Positions 24,351 to 38,700 are shown, counted from the first letter of the stretch. The stretch: DNA of 64,000 nucleotides from Sminthopsis crassicaudata (GCF_048593235.1 NC_133618.1:683190361-683254360); one strand, 5' to 3'. A program made the numbers and translations. The notes: generated by a model from the sequence alone, not told the origin.

Positions 24351-26339
24351 GGCTGTTGTCAAGCCCACTTCTCCCACCCCGTTCCGACTTCCCAAAGCTG
24401 CTTTTCGTGTGTGCGACCTCTTCCTTCACTGGGCCACAGGACTTCAGAAGCCCTGCTTGTACCCTCGAGGTCTCGGGTCTCCTGCCAAACAGCGTCATTT
24501 TGGGTTGGAACATCGTGCTTCTGGGTTCTTTCTGGCAGTGTCTGTGCCTCCCCCCCTCCCCCCCACCCGGGAAGCGCCCAGAAGGGAGTCCTAGTTTCCC
24601 TGGGTGTCCGCTTGGCTGAGATCCGGGTGAGTCTTTGCCCATCCTGGACACCGGCCAGAGAAGAGGGCAGACTAGACCAAGAGCAAGAAAGCTGCCTTCC
24701 CTCCCAGAAGGGAGGAATGGCCACCCCCCCCCACTTCTCTCGAGCCTGGGCCGCAGGGATGCTGCCTCCTCCATTCTGGGCAAGACCCACAGACGATTTC
24801 TCTGCACAAAGAGCCTCCAGAGGGGATCCTGGAAAGATGGTGGGATGGGTGGGAAATTCCCTGCAAATGACTTGAAACAATATTTCAAGTGACACTTTGG
24901 AGAGGCAGAAATAAGGAAAGTGAGGGCAAAGCCATCCTCCAGCCTGACGGGACTGGGGAAGGAGGCCGGAAAGACTTGCCCCATCTGGGTTTTGTGGTCT
25001 GGCCAAGCTACACACGGGTTGTCTCAACAAACAGCAAACCTTGGGCTGCTCTGTGGGTGGCAGGAGCCCTAAAGCTTCAGGAACTTTCACTCCATGGTCT
25101 CTGGGATGGTGAGAGTGTGTGTGGGGGGGTCTGGCTGATCAGGGAAGACTGAGGGGTTCCCTGCTCGGGTTCCATGACAAAGAGGACAGATTGTGGTCTC
25201 TCCTGGGACGGAGGTTCCAGGACAAGGTGAGTGAGCCAGGGAAGATTGGAGGTGGGGTCCATTCTGGGACCTGGGCAGAGAGTGTTTGCAGTGGAGCCTG
25301 CAGGGACCTGGGTAGGGAGGGCTGAGTTCAGGGTGGCGAGGAGTACTGGAGGTAATTCCTAAACAAAATGGGAGCTGGAGGAGCAGAGCCCTACTTGGCC
25401 TGGGGTCACAGCTCATTGGAAGAACCAAGAAGTCAAAGGTCTTCAGTGGAGCTCTGAAAACTCCCAAAACCCTGGAGCCTGAGACCTCATCCCACCACCC
25501 TGGGAGCAAGTCCCCAAGCCAACGTGGAGTTAACAGTTAAGAACCAGCCTAAGAGTACACAGCAGAAACATGATCTGACCCCCTAGTGTTCCCATGATGA
25601 TAGAGAAGGTCGGGCTCAAACAGACTCACCTAGACCAGAACCCTCCTCTGGCCTGGGACATGCTCAGAGCTGGTTGGAGCCGGAGAATCTGGACACAAAG
25701 GGAAGCAGAGTTCAATTCTATGACACAAAGGGAAGCTGAGCTCCTTTCTAAGTGGGAAAGCACTTGCAAGTAGGAGCTCCGCTTCCTGAGCACGAGGGCT
25801 TGGGGTTCTGGGGCAACAGCCCAGGGAGGCTGGACCACGCCATCCTCACTCTCAGCTGTTCCCTATGGACAAGGCCAAGTTCCTGGGTCTTGTGGGAATA
25901 GTCTCACAGACACAAACAGAACCAGTTAGCGCATTGAAGGTAAAATCTGGCTTAGTTCTCAAGCAGAGAATTCAGCAATCGTGAACCCATGGAGGTGTGA
26001 GGGATGGCTCTCAAGTCCTGGGAAACAAGGGGAACCAAATCCCTCATGGAACACTTGGTGCTGGTGACACTTTGTCAGAAGGTGAGAACATCCAGAGCGC
26101 AAAAGGATTATTGTGATGGCAAGTTCAGCTGCTTGCTGGCCTAAGGCTCTAGGAAACGGTGCCTCCAAAATATTTCTGCCAAAGGAAGGGGGTCGGGAAA
26201 AACCTAGAAGGAGACAAAGAGGAGAACCGTAGAATAAGCCTTATTCTCAGGACAATTCTGCTTCTCTGCCTCCAGATATAGAGATTTCAGCTTGGTTTTC
26301 CAGTTTTGAAACTTCAGAGAAGTTCAGCTTATATGTCAT

Positions 26340-29300
26340 TTGCTACCTCTATCCTTGCCTAACTCTTGTACCTGATACAATGTTTGATAGAATTCACTTG
26401 TGAATCTGCCGTACTAGAACTTTTTCTTAGGAATCTCACTTAAGACTTGTTCTGCCTTTTAAAATTAGAGAAAGATACTTTAAAAAATAGAAAAATAATT
26501 TCATTTTCTATATCATTATCAATACAATTTATGTGTAAAATCCAAATAATCTTTAATTTATAAAACCTTAATCCAGTTTTGAGAAATTATTACTAAAACT
26601 CAAAACAAATAAATAAATTTTGGAGCTAATCGTATACATCTGTGCATAGTTCTTAGAGAACATAGTCTAGTCCTATTGCTTTTCTCAACAGCAGAGGTAG
26701 AGAAAAAACTGGGGAAAGAAATAAGAGTAATGCCACAAAATTATGAAAAGATTCAACAGTTGGGAAAAGAGCTTACTGAAGAAAACTCCTTATAAATTAC
26801 AAAAGGAAGCTAGTGACTTCCTAAGAAATTAAAACAAATCTTAAAAACAAAATCAACAGTATGAAAAATAGAAGAGAACATGAACTATCTCATTGGAAAA
26901 ATAACTGACCTGGAAAGCAAATCAAGGAGAGACAGTATAAGAATTATTGGACTACTGGAAAATCATAATTAAAAAAAAAAGATAATTTCAAGAAGTTATT
27001 AAGGAAAAATGCCTGAAATTACAAAACTAAAGGGAAAAATAGAAACTGAAAAAAAAAAAAATCCACTGATCACTGCTTGAAAAAGATCCCCAGATAAAAA
27101 CTCACAGTAACATTGTAGCTGTGTTTCAAAGCTCCTGTGTCAAGCAGAAAAGATTACAAGCAACTATAAACAAACAATTCAAGTATTGCCTTGCTGCAGT
27201 CAAGATAATACAAGATTTAGCAACTTCTACATGAAAAGTCTGAAGGGCTTATACTATATTCCAAAGAGCAAAGGAGCTGGGTTTGCAATCAAGATTAATC
27301 TACTCAGCAAAGTTGAATGTAATCCTGCAAGGAAAAAAAAAAATGGAAATTTAATGAACAAAAGGACTTTCAGACATTTTTGAGGAAAAATCCAGAGTTA
27401 AATAGAAAATTTGACTTTCAAATTCAGGAGGAACATAAGGAGGTAAAGGGATTTAATAAGGCTAAACTGTTTGCTGTCCTATAGAAAGTTATATCTATGA
27501 CTCTTAAGAATGCTGTATCATTTGTAGGATAGTTAGAAAGAGCATATATAGGTAGAGGAACTGGGTTTGAATTGATTATAATGGGATGATACCAAAAGGT
27601 AAAATCGAGTAGGGAGAGATAAAATGGAGCAAATTATCTCACACAATCAGGTGTGAATGGAAGAACCATTATGGTGTCTGGCAGAAGGGGGTGGAGGGCT
27701 GGTAGTGCTGGAATGTTATTTTCATTAAGCCTGGGTTTAAAAAAGGGAATAACATACATCCAGAAGGCTATAAAAGGCTTCTTAAAGAGAAATAGGAGAA
27801 TGAGGGGAAAGGATAAGGGAAGAGACTCTTAGAAGAAGGTATGGATTAGGGAGCAATGGTCAGAAGTAAACTACACTTATGAGGTGAGAGAGAGGAAGAA
27901 GAGAAAGAAGGATAAATAGTAGGGAAAATAGGGTGGAGGGAAAAATACAACTAGTAACTAACTTTCAATGTGAAGGGGATGAAATGGAAACAACAGAATG
28001 GATCATAAATCAGAATCCAAAAATATGTTGTTTAAAAAAACACACATTTGAAAATGAGAGACACACAGAGTAAATACAAAAGTTGGAGTAGAATTTATTA
28101 GGCTTCAGCTGATGTAAAAAAAAAGTAGGAGTAGTAATATTGATCTCAAAGCTAAGACTAAAATAGATGTAATAAATATTGTGTTAAAAAGTACTGTAGG
28201 GGGCAGCTAGGTGGCATAGTGGATAGAGTACCAGCCCTGAAGTCAGGAGGACCTGAGTTCAAATCTGTCCCAGACACTGAACACTTCCCAGCTGTGACAC
28301 CTTGGGCAAGTCACCTAACCTCAATTGCCTCCCCCTCAAAAAAAAAAAAAAAAGTACTGTAGATAATAAAGTAATATCAATACTAAACATATGCACCAAA
28401 TATTGTATCATCCAAATTTATAACGAAAAAGGGAAATGAAAATAGGTGGAACTATTTAGCAAAATCCCAAGAGCAAAACTGATAAATCTAAGAAATCGAA
28501 AAGTCAAGGAGATGAGCAGACTCTTAGATAAGCTAGTTATGATAGCTATCTGTAGACAACTGAATGGGAATAGGAAGGAATATAGTTTAACTGGGCCATG
28601 TGGCAACTCTCTAAAATTTGACCACATAGTGACCATATATAAAAGTCTCTGCAGAAAAGCAGAAATATTAATGCATACTTTTCAAATCCTAAGGCAATGA
28701 TAATTACATTTAATACAGGATTGTGAAAACACAGATTAAAATTTAATTGAAATTAAATAACCTTAAAGAATGAGTGGTTTTGGAACTTAAAATACTTTTT
28801 AAAATGTTAAATATCATTTTAATAAATAATACAGGAAATATAATATAAAATATTATATATGTATTTTTAAAATGAGCGGTTCAAAGAGCAAATCATGGAA
28901 ATAATAATTTTATTAAAGAGAATGATAATGAGGCAACATACCAGAACTTAAGGGATGCAGCAAAAGTGGTAATCAGAGAAAAACTTATATCTCATAATGC
29001 TTACATCAATAAAATAAGGAACAGATCAACAAAATGAGTATACAGTTTTTAAAAAGTAGGAAAAAAACATTTAAAATGCCCAATTAAACACCAAATTGGA
29101 AATTTTGAAAATTAAAGGTGAGATTAATAAAATTAAATGTAAGAAAACCATTGAATTAATCAATCGATAAAACTCAGCTGCTTTTCATGGGAAAAAATTG
29201 TGGAAATGTTAACAAAATATTAAAAATATTAAAATATTAAAATTTAAAATGTTTTTTTTAATTTAGTTAATATGATTTGAAAAAAGAGAGAAGAAAACAT

Positions 29301-29660
29301 CAACTAGTATCAAAAATGGAAAATGAATACACCACTAATGAAGATGAAATTAAAGCAGTTATTAGGAATCATTTTGCCCAATTATATGCAAATCAACTTA
29401 ATTTAAATGAAATGGAAGAGTCTTTGCAAAAAAAATAAACTGCTTAGATTAACAGAAGAGGAAAATGAACATCTAAATAAACCTGTTTTTAGAAAAAGAA
29501 ATTGAATGGTCCATAAATGAGCTTCCTGGGGAAAAAAGGTATCAGGATGAGAGAGATTTACAAGGAACATTACCAAACATTTAAAAATCAACTAATTCCG
29601 GCATTAAGGAAAATTATCTGAAATTAATCGGGATAGGAGGAGGCCCACCACACCCCTTTT
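26340..29660 (+). mobile_element. degraded L1 (ORF1 3' half, inter-ORF region, ORF2 endonuclease and downstream part)
   Basis: ORF1-like segment near 26890-26960 (TDLE-RSRRD-RIIGL type) and ORF2-like segments from ~27960 to ~29660; many stops; AT-rich. Confidence 0.85.
28200..28348 (+). mobile_element. tRNA-derived CORE-SINE nested in L1
   Basis: ggggcagctaggtggc head, poly(A), 14-bp TSD aaaaagtactgtag (28186-28199 and 28349-28362). Confidence 0.9.
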
Positions 29661-29759
29661 ATGAAACAAAGGAGCCTCGGCTCAGAGCAAAACCAGAAGA
29701 AGAAAATGGGGTGGCTCAAAGCAAGGGCGGAGAGCCAGGGGGTTCATGGGGGAGCGCCC

Positions 29760-30343
29760 GCGGGTGCGGTGCACACACACGTTCTCAGCGTGCACACGTG
29801 CAAACATTCTCAGCATGCACGTGCCCCTAGGCACACGCAGCGTACATCCATGCACACACGGACACACGATGCACATACATAGCCAGTCCACAATGTTTGC
29901 ACACACAGCATACATCTATACACATGAGTGCATAATACACGTGTGTACATGCTTCCCTTGCACACAAGGTACTCACATATCCACACACAGCACACACCTA
30001 TGCACATGTGTGCACACGATGCACATGTATAAACATGCGTACACCTTACACACACACTCCCAGTGCGCACTGTGCTTGCCCACGTAGACAAGCACACACC
30101 CACACGGTGCACTCACATGCAGCACATACGCGTGCTTGCACACACAGCATGATAGGCACACAGCACACACGCGCACAGTGCAATCTAGCCACATACACCC
30201 GGATGGGCGCGTAATACACACCACTACACGTGGCTTGCACGTGCTTGCACGCACGGCACACACCTATCCACACGGCACACACGTGACAGCTCCCCGCCCT
30301 GCACACAATTCACTCACAAAGGCAGTACGCCGCGCGCGCGCGC
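29760..30343. repeat. (CA)n/(CACG)n-rich low-complexity tract ending in (CG)6
   Basis: long imperfect alternating purine-pyrimidine sequence; cgcgcgcgcgcgc at 30331-30343. Confidence 0.8.
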
Positions 30344-31750
30344 TTAGGGAACAAGCGGGCCGGGAGGCTGCTGAGGGGACCCTCCTCTCTCGGCCTCTCC
30401 GGGCCCCTTGATGCGTTTCCTCCCGAGCCTCAGAGCTCCCTATGGGCCCACACCCCCAGCACCTCCCAAGGGAAATTGTAGCAACAGTGATGAATTTCCC
30501 AAAGGCCCGAGGGCGGGAGGGAGAGAACCCCAGGCGCAGCCGGGTCCCCAGGAGCTTTGGGGAAAGGACCGCGGGGGGCCTCGCCGCGGCCCCTCCCCAA
30601 GGTCCTTCCGCCTCGGTCCGTTTCTGTCGGCTGTCTCAGTCTCCCGGGTCTGTGGGGCCGTGGGTGAGTCACTGCCCTGCCCCGGGAAGGGGCCCCTTCC
30701 ATCTCCGGACGGAGTGACAGGCCCTTAGGCCTCCGAGACTTGGCTAACCCCGTCACTGACCCTTTGAGCTTCTCCCCTTTCACCCAGGCTGGAAGCAGGC
30801 GGTGGGTCAGAGGCCTCCTGCCCAGTCCCTCCTTCCCCACCCCCACTCCGTGCGCGGTTCCGGGGATCACCTGCCCCGTGCCGCCACGCCTCCCGGCCCC
30901 CAGGTCCTTCCCCTAGACACAAGGCTGGCCAGTGGGGCTCCAGGTGTGAGTCCCGCCCTCCCTCCTCGGGCCTGGCCCCCCGGCCCCCGGTCTGGAAGCG
31001 GAGCCCCCACCGCAGCCCCGGAGCGCCCGTTCGGATCTGGTGCCCAGCGGCGGCCCGCGAGCTCGCTCTAGGGTCTTCCCGCTTGGGATCCAGCCGGTGC
31101 GGGCCTGCCGGGACCTCCGGACGCTGCCGGGCTTGAGGGGGCGAGGGAGGCCGGAGCCTCGGGTACCCTGCGGTCCAGGTCCGGAGCCGCCGGGACAACC
31201 GCGGCGGCGGGGAGCGGGGAGCGCGCCCGAATCCGGAGCTCCTGCTCCCCCGGCCCTGTGGGCCGCTTCTCCTTCCCAGGATTTCGGGAAAAGTCGGCTT
31301 TGTCATTTGTTTTGACGTCATCGCGCCCCCTCCCCCATCCTCCCCTTCCATGCACCGATGGAGGCCTAAATGCGGTTCCGGCGGTTCCGGCCCAGCCGCC
31401 CGGGCAGCCCCGAATGCGGGCCCAGGCTGGCGGCCGCACTCCGGCTGGGCCCACGCGGGGTCTTCCCGCCCGGGACTGTAGATGGCGTCTTCCCGGCGGC
31501 CACGTGTCTCTCCGGGCCTCCCGCCTATTGTTAGAGCACGAGGAGAGGCCCGGGCCCAGTGCCAGGGGAGGTTGGTGCTTCCGCTTCAGCTCTGAGGAAA
31601 CGCGGCTGGGCGGGATTGGGCCCTCTGTGGGGGATGGGCCGGCCCGGGCCCTCGCTGCCGAGGGAAGCAGGTTCTGGGGGGCTCCAGGCTCGGGGAGGCG
31701 GAGGAGGGGCCCCTGAGCCGCCGGGAACCCCACAGTGACGGCACCGCTCA
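30320..31750. promoter_or_regulatory. orphan CpG island with CRE, CCAAT and GC box
   Basis: TGACGTCA at 31313-31320, GGGCGGG at 31608-31614, ATTGG at 31615-31619; dense CpG; no recognisable CDS. Confidence 0.5.
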
Positions 31751-32690
31751 GAAGCGAGCTGCGCGGCCGTGGCACTGGGGGGGGGGCAGGAGGCGCCGCC
31801 ACCGCTCGGGAGCACTAGGGTCCTGCTCTGGGGAGGCCCCGCCCCCCACGGGGCACAGGGCCTTGTAGAGCTCCGGGGGCGGTGGGAGCGCCCCGAGTGG
31901 GCCCCTCTGCGAGCGCCCACGAGGGAGGGGCTGGGCAGCGGCCCCAGGGTCTGCGAGAGGGAAGGAAGGGCCGGGCCGCAGCTCCCCCCCCCCATGCGGG
32001 GGTAGACAAGGCCGTGGGGCCCAGGGCGCGTGCATGTGCAGCGTGGACATGTACGCGTGCACCCGTGCGGGGGCGGGGCGAGTTGTGTGTGCCTGAAGGG
32101 AGTGCTCCTGGGGGGGGGAGTGTGGGGCCTTGGGGGTGGCCCCCCCAGCCCTCCAAGGACCCTCTTTGGATGGCCGCCCACAGGAGGTGGGGGGGCCCAG
32201 GGAGTAGTGCTGTGTGTGCACGGGGGTGGGTGCTGGAGATGCTCCTGTGACAGCCCGCAGGCAGGAGAAGCCCCTCTGGGGGAAGGGGCTCATGGGGGGG
32301 GGGGGGGCGACAGAGGGAAGGCCAGCTTTCTTCGGCCCAGGGAGAACCTCACCCCCTCCTGTACCTTGGGGCGCATCTACCCTGTCGCAGCTGAGACCCT
32401 GGGAGGGGGAGGCTGCCCCTCCCCCCATGAAACATGGCCCCGAGGCATGACAGCTGCAGGACCTCCCCTGACCCTCCCCCGAAGCCCCTGGGGGAGACCT
32501 CATGCTTCCCATTTTACAGGAGAGGAAACTGAGGCAGCCAGAAGCAGCATGAGGGACCCAGGGCCGCCAAGACTGGAGCAGGGGGCTCATCGACCCCTGG
32601 GGGCAGCTGGAGGGGAGAGCTGGGCCCCCCACCCACCCCTGCCCGGTCAGGGCCCACACGGACACAGGAGACCTTCGGTCTAAATACGCT

Positions 32691-32696
32691 TTTAAT
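32691..32696 (-). terminator. TUBGCP2: TUBGCP2 polyadenylation signal ATTAAA
   Basis: tttaat on the plus strand, ~45 nt past the stop codon. Confidence 0.6.
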
Positions 32697-32738
32697 CTCC
32701 ATCTCCTAATCACGCGTGGCCGCGGCGGCACCGGGCAC

Positions 32739-35700
32739 TCACTGCACGGGCACCGCCGCCCTGGGCACGGGCATCGGGGCCGCCGCCTTCCGGCTCCTCT
32801 CGGCCGACAGGCGCTCCAGGCGCTCCGTGTAGAAGCCGTTGAAGTCCAGCCTGTGGGGGAAGGGAAGCGTGGGCCCCGCGTGAGACTGGGGGGTTCCCGC
32901 CCCCCCATTCCCCCCCCCACCGGCCGCATCCCAGAAATACTTTGCCTTTGGCACTGGCTCCCCAGAGGAAATGGCAAAGCCAAGGCTGGGGGGGGGGACG
33001 GTGCTGGGGTGTCGCCCGTTTACCACCTTCTCCTGGGGTAGCGCCAAGCCCTGGGGAGAGCCCCTTGTGGGGGAGGGAGGGGAGGCTCCGCAGAGACAGG
33101 GCGAGACAGCCCTATCCCCAGCCCCCGTAGGGGGGCCTGTTTCGGATCCCCTCGCCCTCTCCCCTCCATGACTCCGGGATGGCCTCCGAGAGGGCTCAGT
33201 GGGGGGGGGGGGAGCCGGCCTTTCCCCGGGCCCCCCGCACCTGGAGATGACGCTGACCATGCTGTGCTCGCAGTCGTTGGTGCTGAAGACGCTCAGCTTG
33301 TCCAGGAGGTCCAGCAGGTGCGCCGAGAAGTTCTTGTCGAACTTGGTGATGGTGGCCTCGAAGCCGGAGGTCATCTGCAGCGCGTCCACGTGCTCCGCCA
33401 GGTGCTGGGAGAGCCCGCGTCTGAGCCCCTCCCCCGCTGGGCCTGTCCCCCGACCTCCCCCGCAGTGCCCCGTTCTCTCCCCACAGCCCCCCCTTCGCCC
33501 CCCGGGAGCCGCGGCCGCTACCTTAGTGGCCAGTTTCCTCTTGAGCGCTTCCTCGGCCCGCTCGGCCTCCGTGGGGGGGCCCAGCATGGTGCCGGGCTCG
33601 GCGGGGGGGCGGCCCAGCTCGCCGTCCAGCTTCATGCTCTGGGTGAACCTCTGGGGGGAGAGGCCGGTGAGAGCGGCGGCGGCGGGGCCCGGGGCCCCGC
33701 TCCGAGGCCCCCCCCCCCCCCGTCCCCCCGCCCCCGCTGACCTGCATGCAGTTGGTGAACATGACGCAGACGGACATCAGCTTGGAGAAGACCTTGAGCA
33801 GCTCGGGGTTGGTCAGCATGCAGTCCTTCAGGCAGTTGTCCAGGAAGCTGGTGTGGTGACCCAGCACGTCGTCGATGTTGGAGGCCTGCGGCGAGGGGGG
33901 CGCTCAGGGCGGGGGCAGCTCCCCGGGGGGACGCGGACGCCCTCGGGGTCAGGGACACCCCGCGCTCACCGACTTCAGGTTCTTCTCCAGGATGTGCCAG
34001 GTCGGCTCCATGACCTCGAACATCATGTAGTACTGGATGTTCTGGACGAAGTTCAGCATGCGTTGCCTCAGCGTGAAAGCCCCGGCGAACCTGGGGGCCA
34101 AGAGCACGCCCACAGGAATCCCAAGGTTTCGGCCGCTGTCGGCGTCCCCCGGTCCCCGGATCCCGCCCATTCCCCCGAGGGGGACACCGAGGCAGCCGGT
34201 GAGGGCCAGGCGGGGGCCCTGCAGCTCCCTCCCTCGCGGCACGTACCACTTGGCGCAGTGCAGGGAGAACTGCTTGGCCGTCTTGTTGCTGATCCAGACG
34301 TTGCAGAGCTGCCGCTCCACGTGCTTGCAGTAGAACATGTGGCGGAAGAGCATCTGGTAGCGCGTGAGCGCCTTCCTGGGGCGGAGGGAGGGGGCTGGCG
34401 TGTGTGGAGGGGGGCCTGGCCGCCCAGCTGATGCCAGCGTGGGCCCCCCTCCCTAAGGCCGCCACACGTGGCCACGACACACCCGTGGGCACACGCCTCT
34501 TGCGTCACATACACACACTGCCCCCTACAGCCCCCAGTGGGCCCCGGACGACGTTAGGGGGAAGGAGCGGAGCCCCCTGCTCTGAGAGGCCCCTGGGGGG
34601 GGCTCCCCTACCTGTTGATGATCAGCGACAGCGGCCACTTGACGATGTAGTCGAAGGAAAAGGCCTCAAGGCCGCTCAGAGTCAGCTCCGTGGGGTCGGC
34701 GCTGAGGATCGACTTCTCCTGCTTGGTCTCGATGGCGAGGACGCGCAAGAGCTGCGTGATGAGGTCGTGGGGCATCAGGTCAATCTGGAAGGGGGAGACA
34801 AAGGAGGGGGCTTGGAGCGGGGCCGGCCCTTGGAGCCCCCACGGTGGAGTTCTAGAGGGAGGGCAGTGAGGGCCCCCGGCCCAGGCCCCCACCAGACCTT
34901 GAAGCCTGCAAGTGGCCACCCCGACCTGTGCTCCCGGAGCCTCGGGGCGCCCCCACCTTCAGGTCGTCCTTGAAGGGGTCCGTGTTGGCCGTGCTCATCC
35001 TCAGGGCCAGCTCCAGCAGCGCCTCCAGCCGGGTCGGGATGATGTCGTCCACCGGCTTCTTGAGCTCCTCCTCGGTCAGGTCCATGAAGTGCACGAAGAA
35101 GTCGCCCTGGTCCATGAGGAAGTAGTGCTTGATGGACCTGCGGAGACCCCGGGAGACGCTGCCGAGCCGGCCCCCAAAAGCGGGCTGGAGCTCTGAGGAG
35201 GCGCCGGGACGGGCCACGCCAGGAGGGGGAATCACGTGGAGGGGCACATGGGGGGGGGCCGTGCCGAGAGGGACCAGGAGTGGGGGGCCCACCGGGAGGG
35301 GGCCGTCACCTCAAGTGCGCCACGAGCTCCTTCTCCTCCATCAGGAAGTCCAGCAGCACGCGGCTGGCGTAGTTGAAGGCCTTTTCGATCTGCTCCACGT
35401 AGGCGCGCTCCTTCAGCGTGTAGACGATCTCCTTGGCCACGGGGCACGTCACGTCGTGGCCGCACTCTCGGACCACGTTCAGGTACTTGCCTGGAAGGAG
35501 GGGGCCGGGAGAGACGGTCGCCGAGCCGCGGGGCCCCTCGGGGGCCTCCCCACCCCTCTGCCAGCGGCCCCTCCCTGCCATTCTTGCCCCAGCTCTGCCC
35601 CCTACTCGGGGCAATCGGGGGAGGGGAACAGCCACTAACAGGAGCCTCCAGAGAAGGACGCAGAACTGGAGGCCCTGCCTCGTGACCCGGGCTCCCCCAG

Positions 35701-38700
35701 AGCTCCCCGCGGGGACCATGGCCTGCGCCAGAAGGGCCCTGGGAAGGGGGCGGGGAGACTGAGGGGACGGCGGTGCTGGAACTCTGTCTTCCCAGAAATC
35801 AGCCGGAGTCAGGGTCACTAAACGTCTTTATTCTGGATCTTTTACGGTCAAGGTCAGGGGTTAGGCCTAGCAACCTCACACACACCTTCCTCCCTCAAAC
35901 GCCAGGAGAGAGTGAGCGTGAGCGTCTCACTTCCCCTTCCTCCCCCCCCCCACGTCACTTCCCCCTCTTTGTCCCACCTGGGGAGGGTCCCACTGGCCAC
36001 TAGTCTCCCGTGCTCCGTTACCCAAGTGCTCAGTTCTAGCCCTTTGCACCGGGGAACCAGCTCTACCCTGACTGCAGCGCGTGCGGGGCCCTGAAACAAG
36101 CTGGGGGGGGAAGGAGGGACAGACATGGGGGGAGGGGGAGAGAGGGGAGACAGACAGAAGCCCCCCACCTGTACTGAGGATCTTGTCGGCCATCTTCTGG
36201 AGGAAGGAAGGGATCTGGGGCTGGACCACGGTGTACCGCTGGTCCCAGTACTTGTCGTTGTAGTCCTCCTGGATCTTCTCCTTCTGCAGCTCGTGCTCCT
36301 CCACCATGAACTCGCTGGGCCGGGGGAGAGGAGGGAACGGAGCTCCAGCACAGAGGGGGGGGAGGGGCCTCCCCTCAACAAGCGCCGCCTGGGCCCGGGC
36401 CGGGCCGCACTGACCTGTAGGGGTCGTTGATGATCCCGCGGTAGATCCACTTCTCCAGGATCTCAAAGTAGGGCACGCTGGCCGCCTTGGTCAGGTAGAG
36501 GCAGAGCTCCTGGGCCTGGCTGTCCCCCGTGTAGTTGAAGCTTCGGTCGTGGAGGAGGCTCAGCGTGGCGCCCCCCAGGCACTCCCCTTTGTCCACGGAG
36601 GTGGCTGCGGGCAGGGAAGGGCGCGTCAGCGAGGGAGGCTGCTCCCGGAGCTGGGGTCCCCAGGGGGAACGGCCAGGACCGACAAGGCCCAGAAGCCTGA
36701 CCGGGAAACGGCGGGTCACCGACGGGTCCCTGCGGCCGGAGGTCACGGACGCCCGCCCCCGGCCGCCACGCCGTCGAGCTGCCTCTCGAAGCTTCCCCGG
36801 GGGACCTTCCCACTGAGACTCGGGGAGCCGTCACGCCCCGCTCCCACTGTGCAAGGTGAGGCTCCAGGCATCTCTCCTGACCCCCCGAGTGTCCGTGCCC
36901 GCCCCGCCAAAGGGCCGGGGGAGGCTCACCCAGGGAGGCCAGGATCTCCATGGTGCGCATGGTGGGCTGGATGTAGAACCAGAGCTTCTGCAGGGAGAGC
37001 AGGCCCTGACGCTGCAAGTGCTCCAGCTGAGTGACCAGGATCATGTACTCCTTGACCAGCGTCCGCATGGCGGCCGCCAGGGCGTGATTGACCTGGCCGT
37101 ACTCGAAGGAGGACTTCTCCTCTATGAACCTGCGGGGGAGGCCGGGAGGCTCGGAGGACGGGCTCCTCCCCCCGCCCTCCCTGCCTGGCCGGCCAGAGCG
37201 ATGGGAAGAGCGTGGCCCAGAGGGAACCCGGCTCAGGGCGATCCCAGCCCGGCCAAAGCCCAGCTCCGGAGCGGGAGGAGCCAGCCGGGGGAGACAAGGG
37301 GCCGGGGTGACCGGGAGGAGCGGGGACCCCCGGGGGGCAGGAAGACCAGGCCTCCCCTGAGTCTCGGCCGGGAAGGAGAGGTCAGCGCAGGGAGGCCAGA
37401 GAGGAGCCCGGGCCCAAGAGGCAGGGGGCACTTGGGGGCAAACCACGAGGGGGGGGCCGAGCCCCGGGCACAGCAGGGGTGACCGGAGGGCGTAAAGTCC
37501 CCGACGGCGTCCGCGGCGAGGGGCTCCGCTGCCGTCCCAGGCCCGGCCTGCCTCAGTCTGGCCAGCCGGCCCCGGGGAGGAGAACCAGGCTCCAGGTAAT
37601 GGAGGCTCCCGGGCCGGTCACAACCTGCGGGAAGGAGGCAGGGAGCCCCTCGGAGGGAGGCCGGAGGGTCAAGGCCGACACCCAGGCGCGCACCTGGTCA
37701 CTGTGGAGTAACTTGCGGCCACCGGCAGGATCCGGTTCACCAGCTCCTTCACGGACATGTCCAGGTTGGGGTCCACGAGGAAAGTGCGGCTCTGCCGGCC
37801 GAGCAGCGCCTGCGCCGTGATGTAGCGCCCGTCCACGCCGACCAGCAGGTACAGCAGGTCCTCCACGACCGTGGCCTCCTGGGAGGCCAAGGGCAAGCTG
37901 CCTGCGGGAAAGGGCACGAGCTCCGTCACTTTCCAGCTCCCGAGAGTCGTCGGGCGCCGTCCGGCGGCCTCCCCGGAGGGGTCCCGGCCCGGGGTGGAGG
38001 AGCAGAAGCTGAAGTGGCCAGAGGAGAGCCAGATGGGGTCCCTGGGGGGCTTACAGAGCTCCCCTCACACAGGGAGGAGGAGGGGGAGCCCCTCAGGAGG
38101 ACGCTGCCCAGCAGGAAGGGGAACGGCCGGGCGACCTCCATCCTCCCCAGGAAGGAAACAACATCGGAGTCGCCACAACATCAGAGGCCCTCCCCCGCCC
38201 CCTCTGGCCCGGAGCTCTATTCCACAAAGGGTCCCAGGAGGGGGGAAGGGTGGGGAGTCCCCAGGACCCCCCGGCTCACGGGCCCCCGGGGGGGGGGGGC
38301 GTACCGATGGGAGCGGGCGAGTCCGAGCCGACCCCGGAGCCCACCAAGAAGTCCCCGATCAGGGTGGGCCTCTCGTAGACCCAGGCGGGGAACACGGGCA
38401 GGTGGTGGCCGCAGTTCCTCTTGCTCTGTTTGTCACGGAGCAGCTTCCGCATCAGTTCCTGAGACTGAGAGTTTGGGTTTTTAGTGAGAAAAAAGGGGCT
38501 TTCCCTCGGTGACTCCGGAGGAGGAGAACGGCGGCCGCGATCGCCCACGGGGAGCGAGGAAGGAGCTGGGGCGCCTCCTCTTCCCATCGGGGGGTTCTAG
38601 GCTGCAGCTGCTGTCACCCTCCCGGACCCTCGCTGACCCCTGCTGCCCGAGGTCGGGGAGGGGGCCGCATCCGGGCCTCCGCCAGGACACAGGGCAGAAA

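Noticed and set aside
1-32700. MIR202 hairpin, expected near VENTX/ADAM8 in human synteny
   Set aside because: I could not find the mature sequence by eye on either strand; a proper search is needed to call it absent
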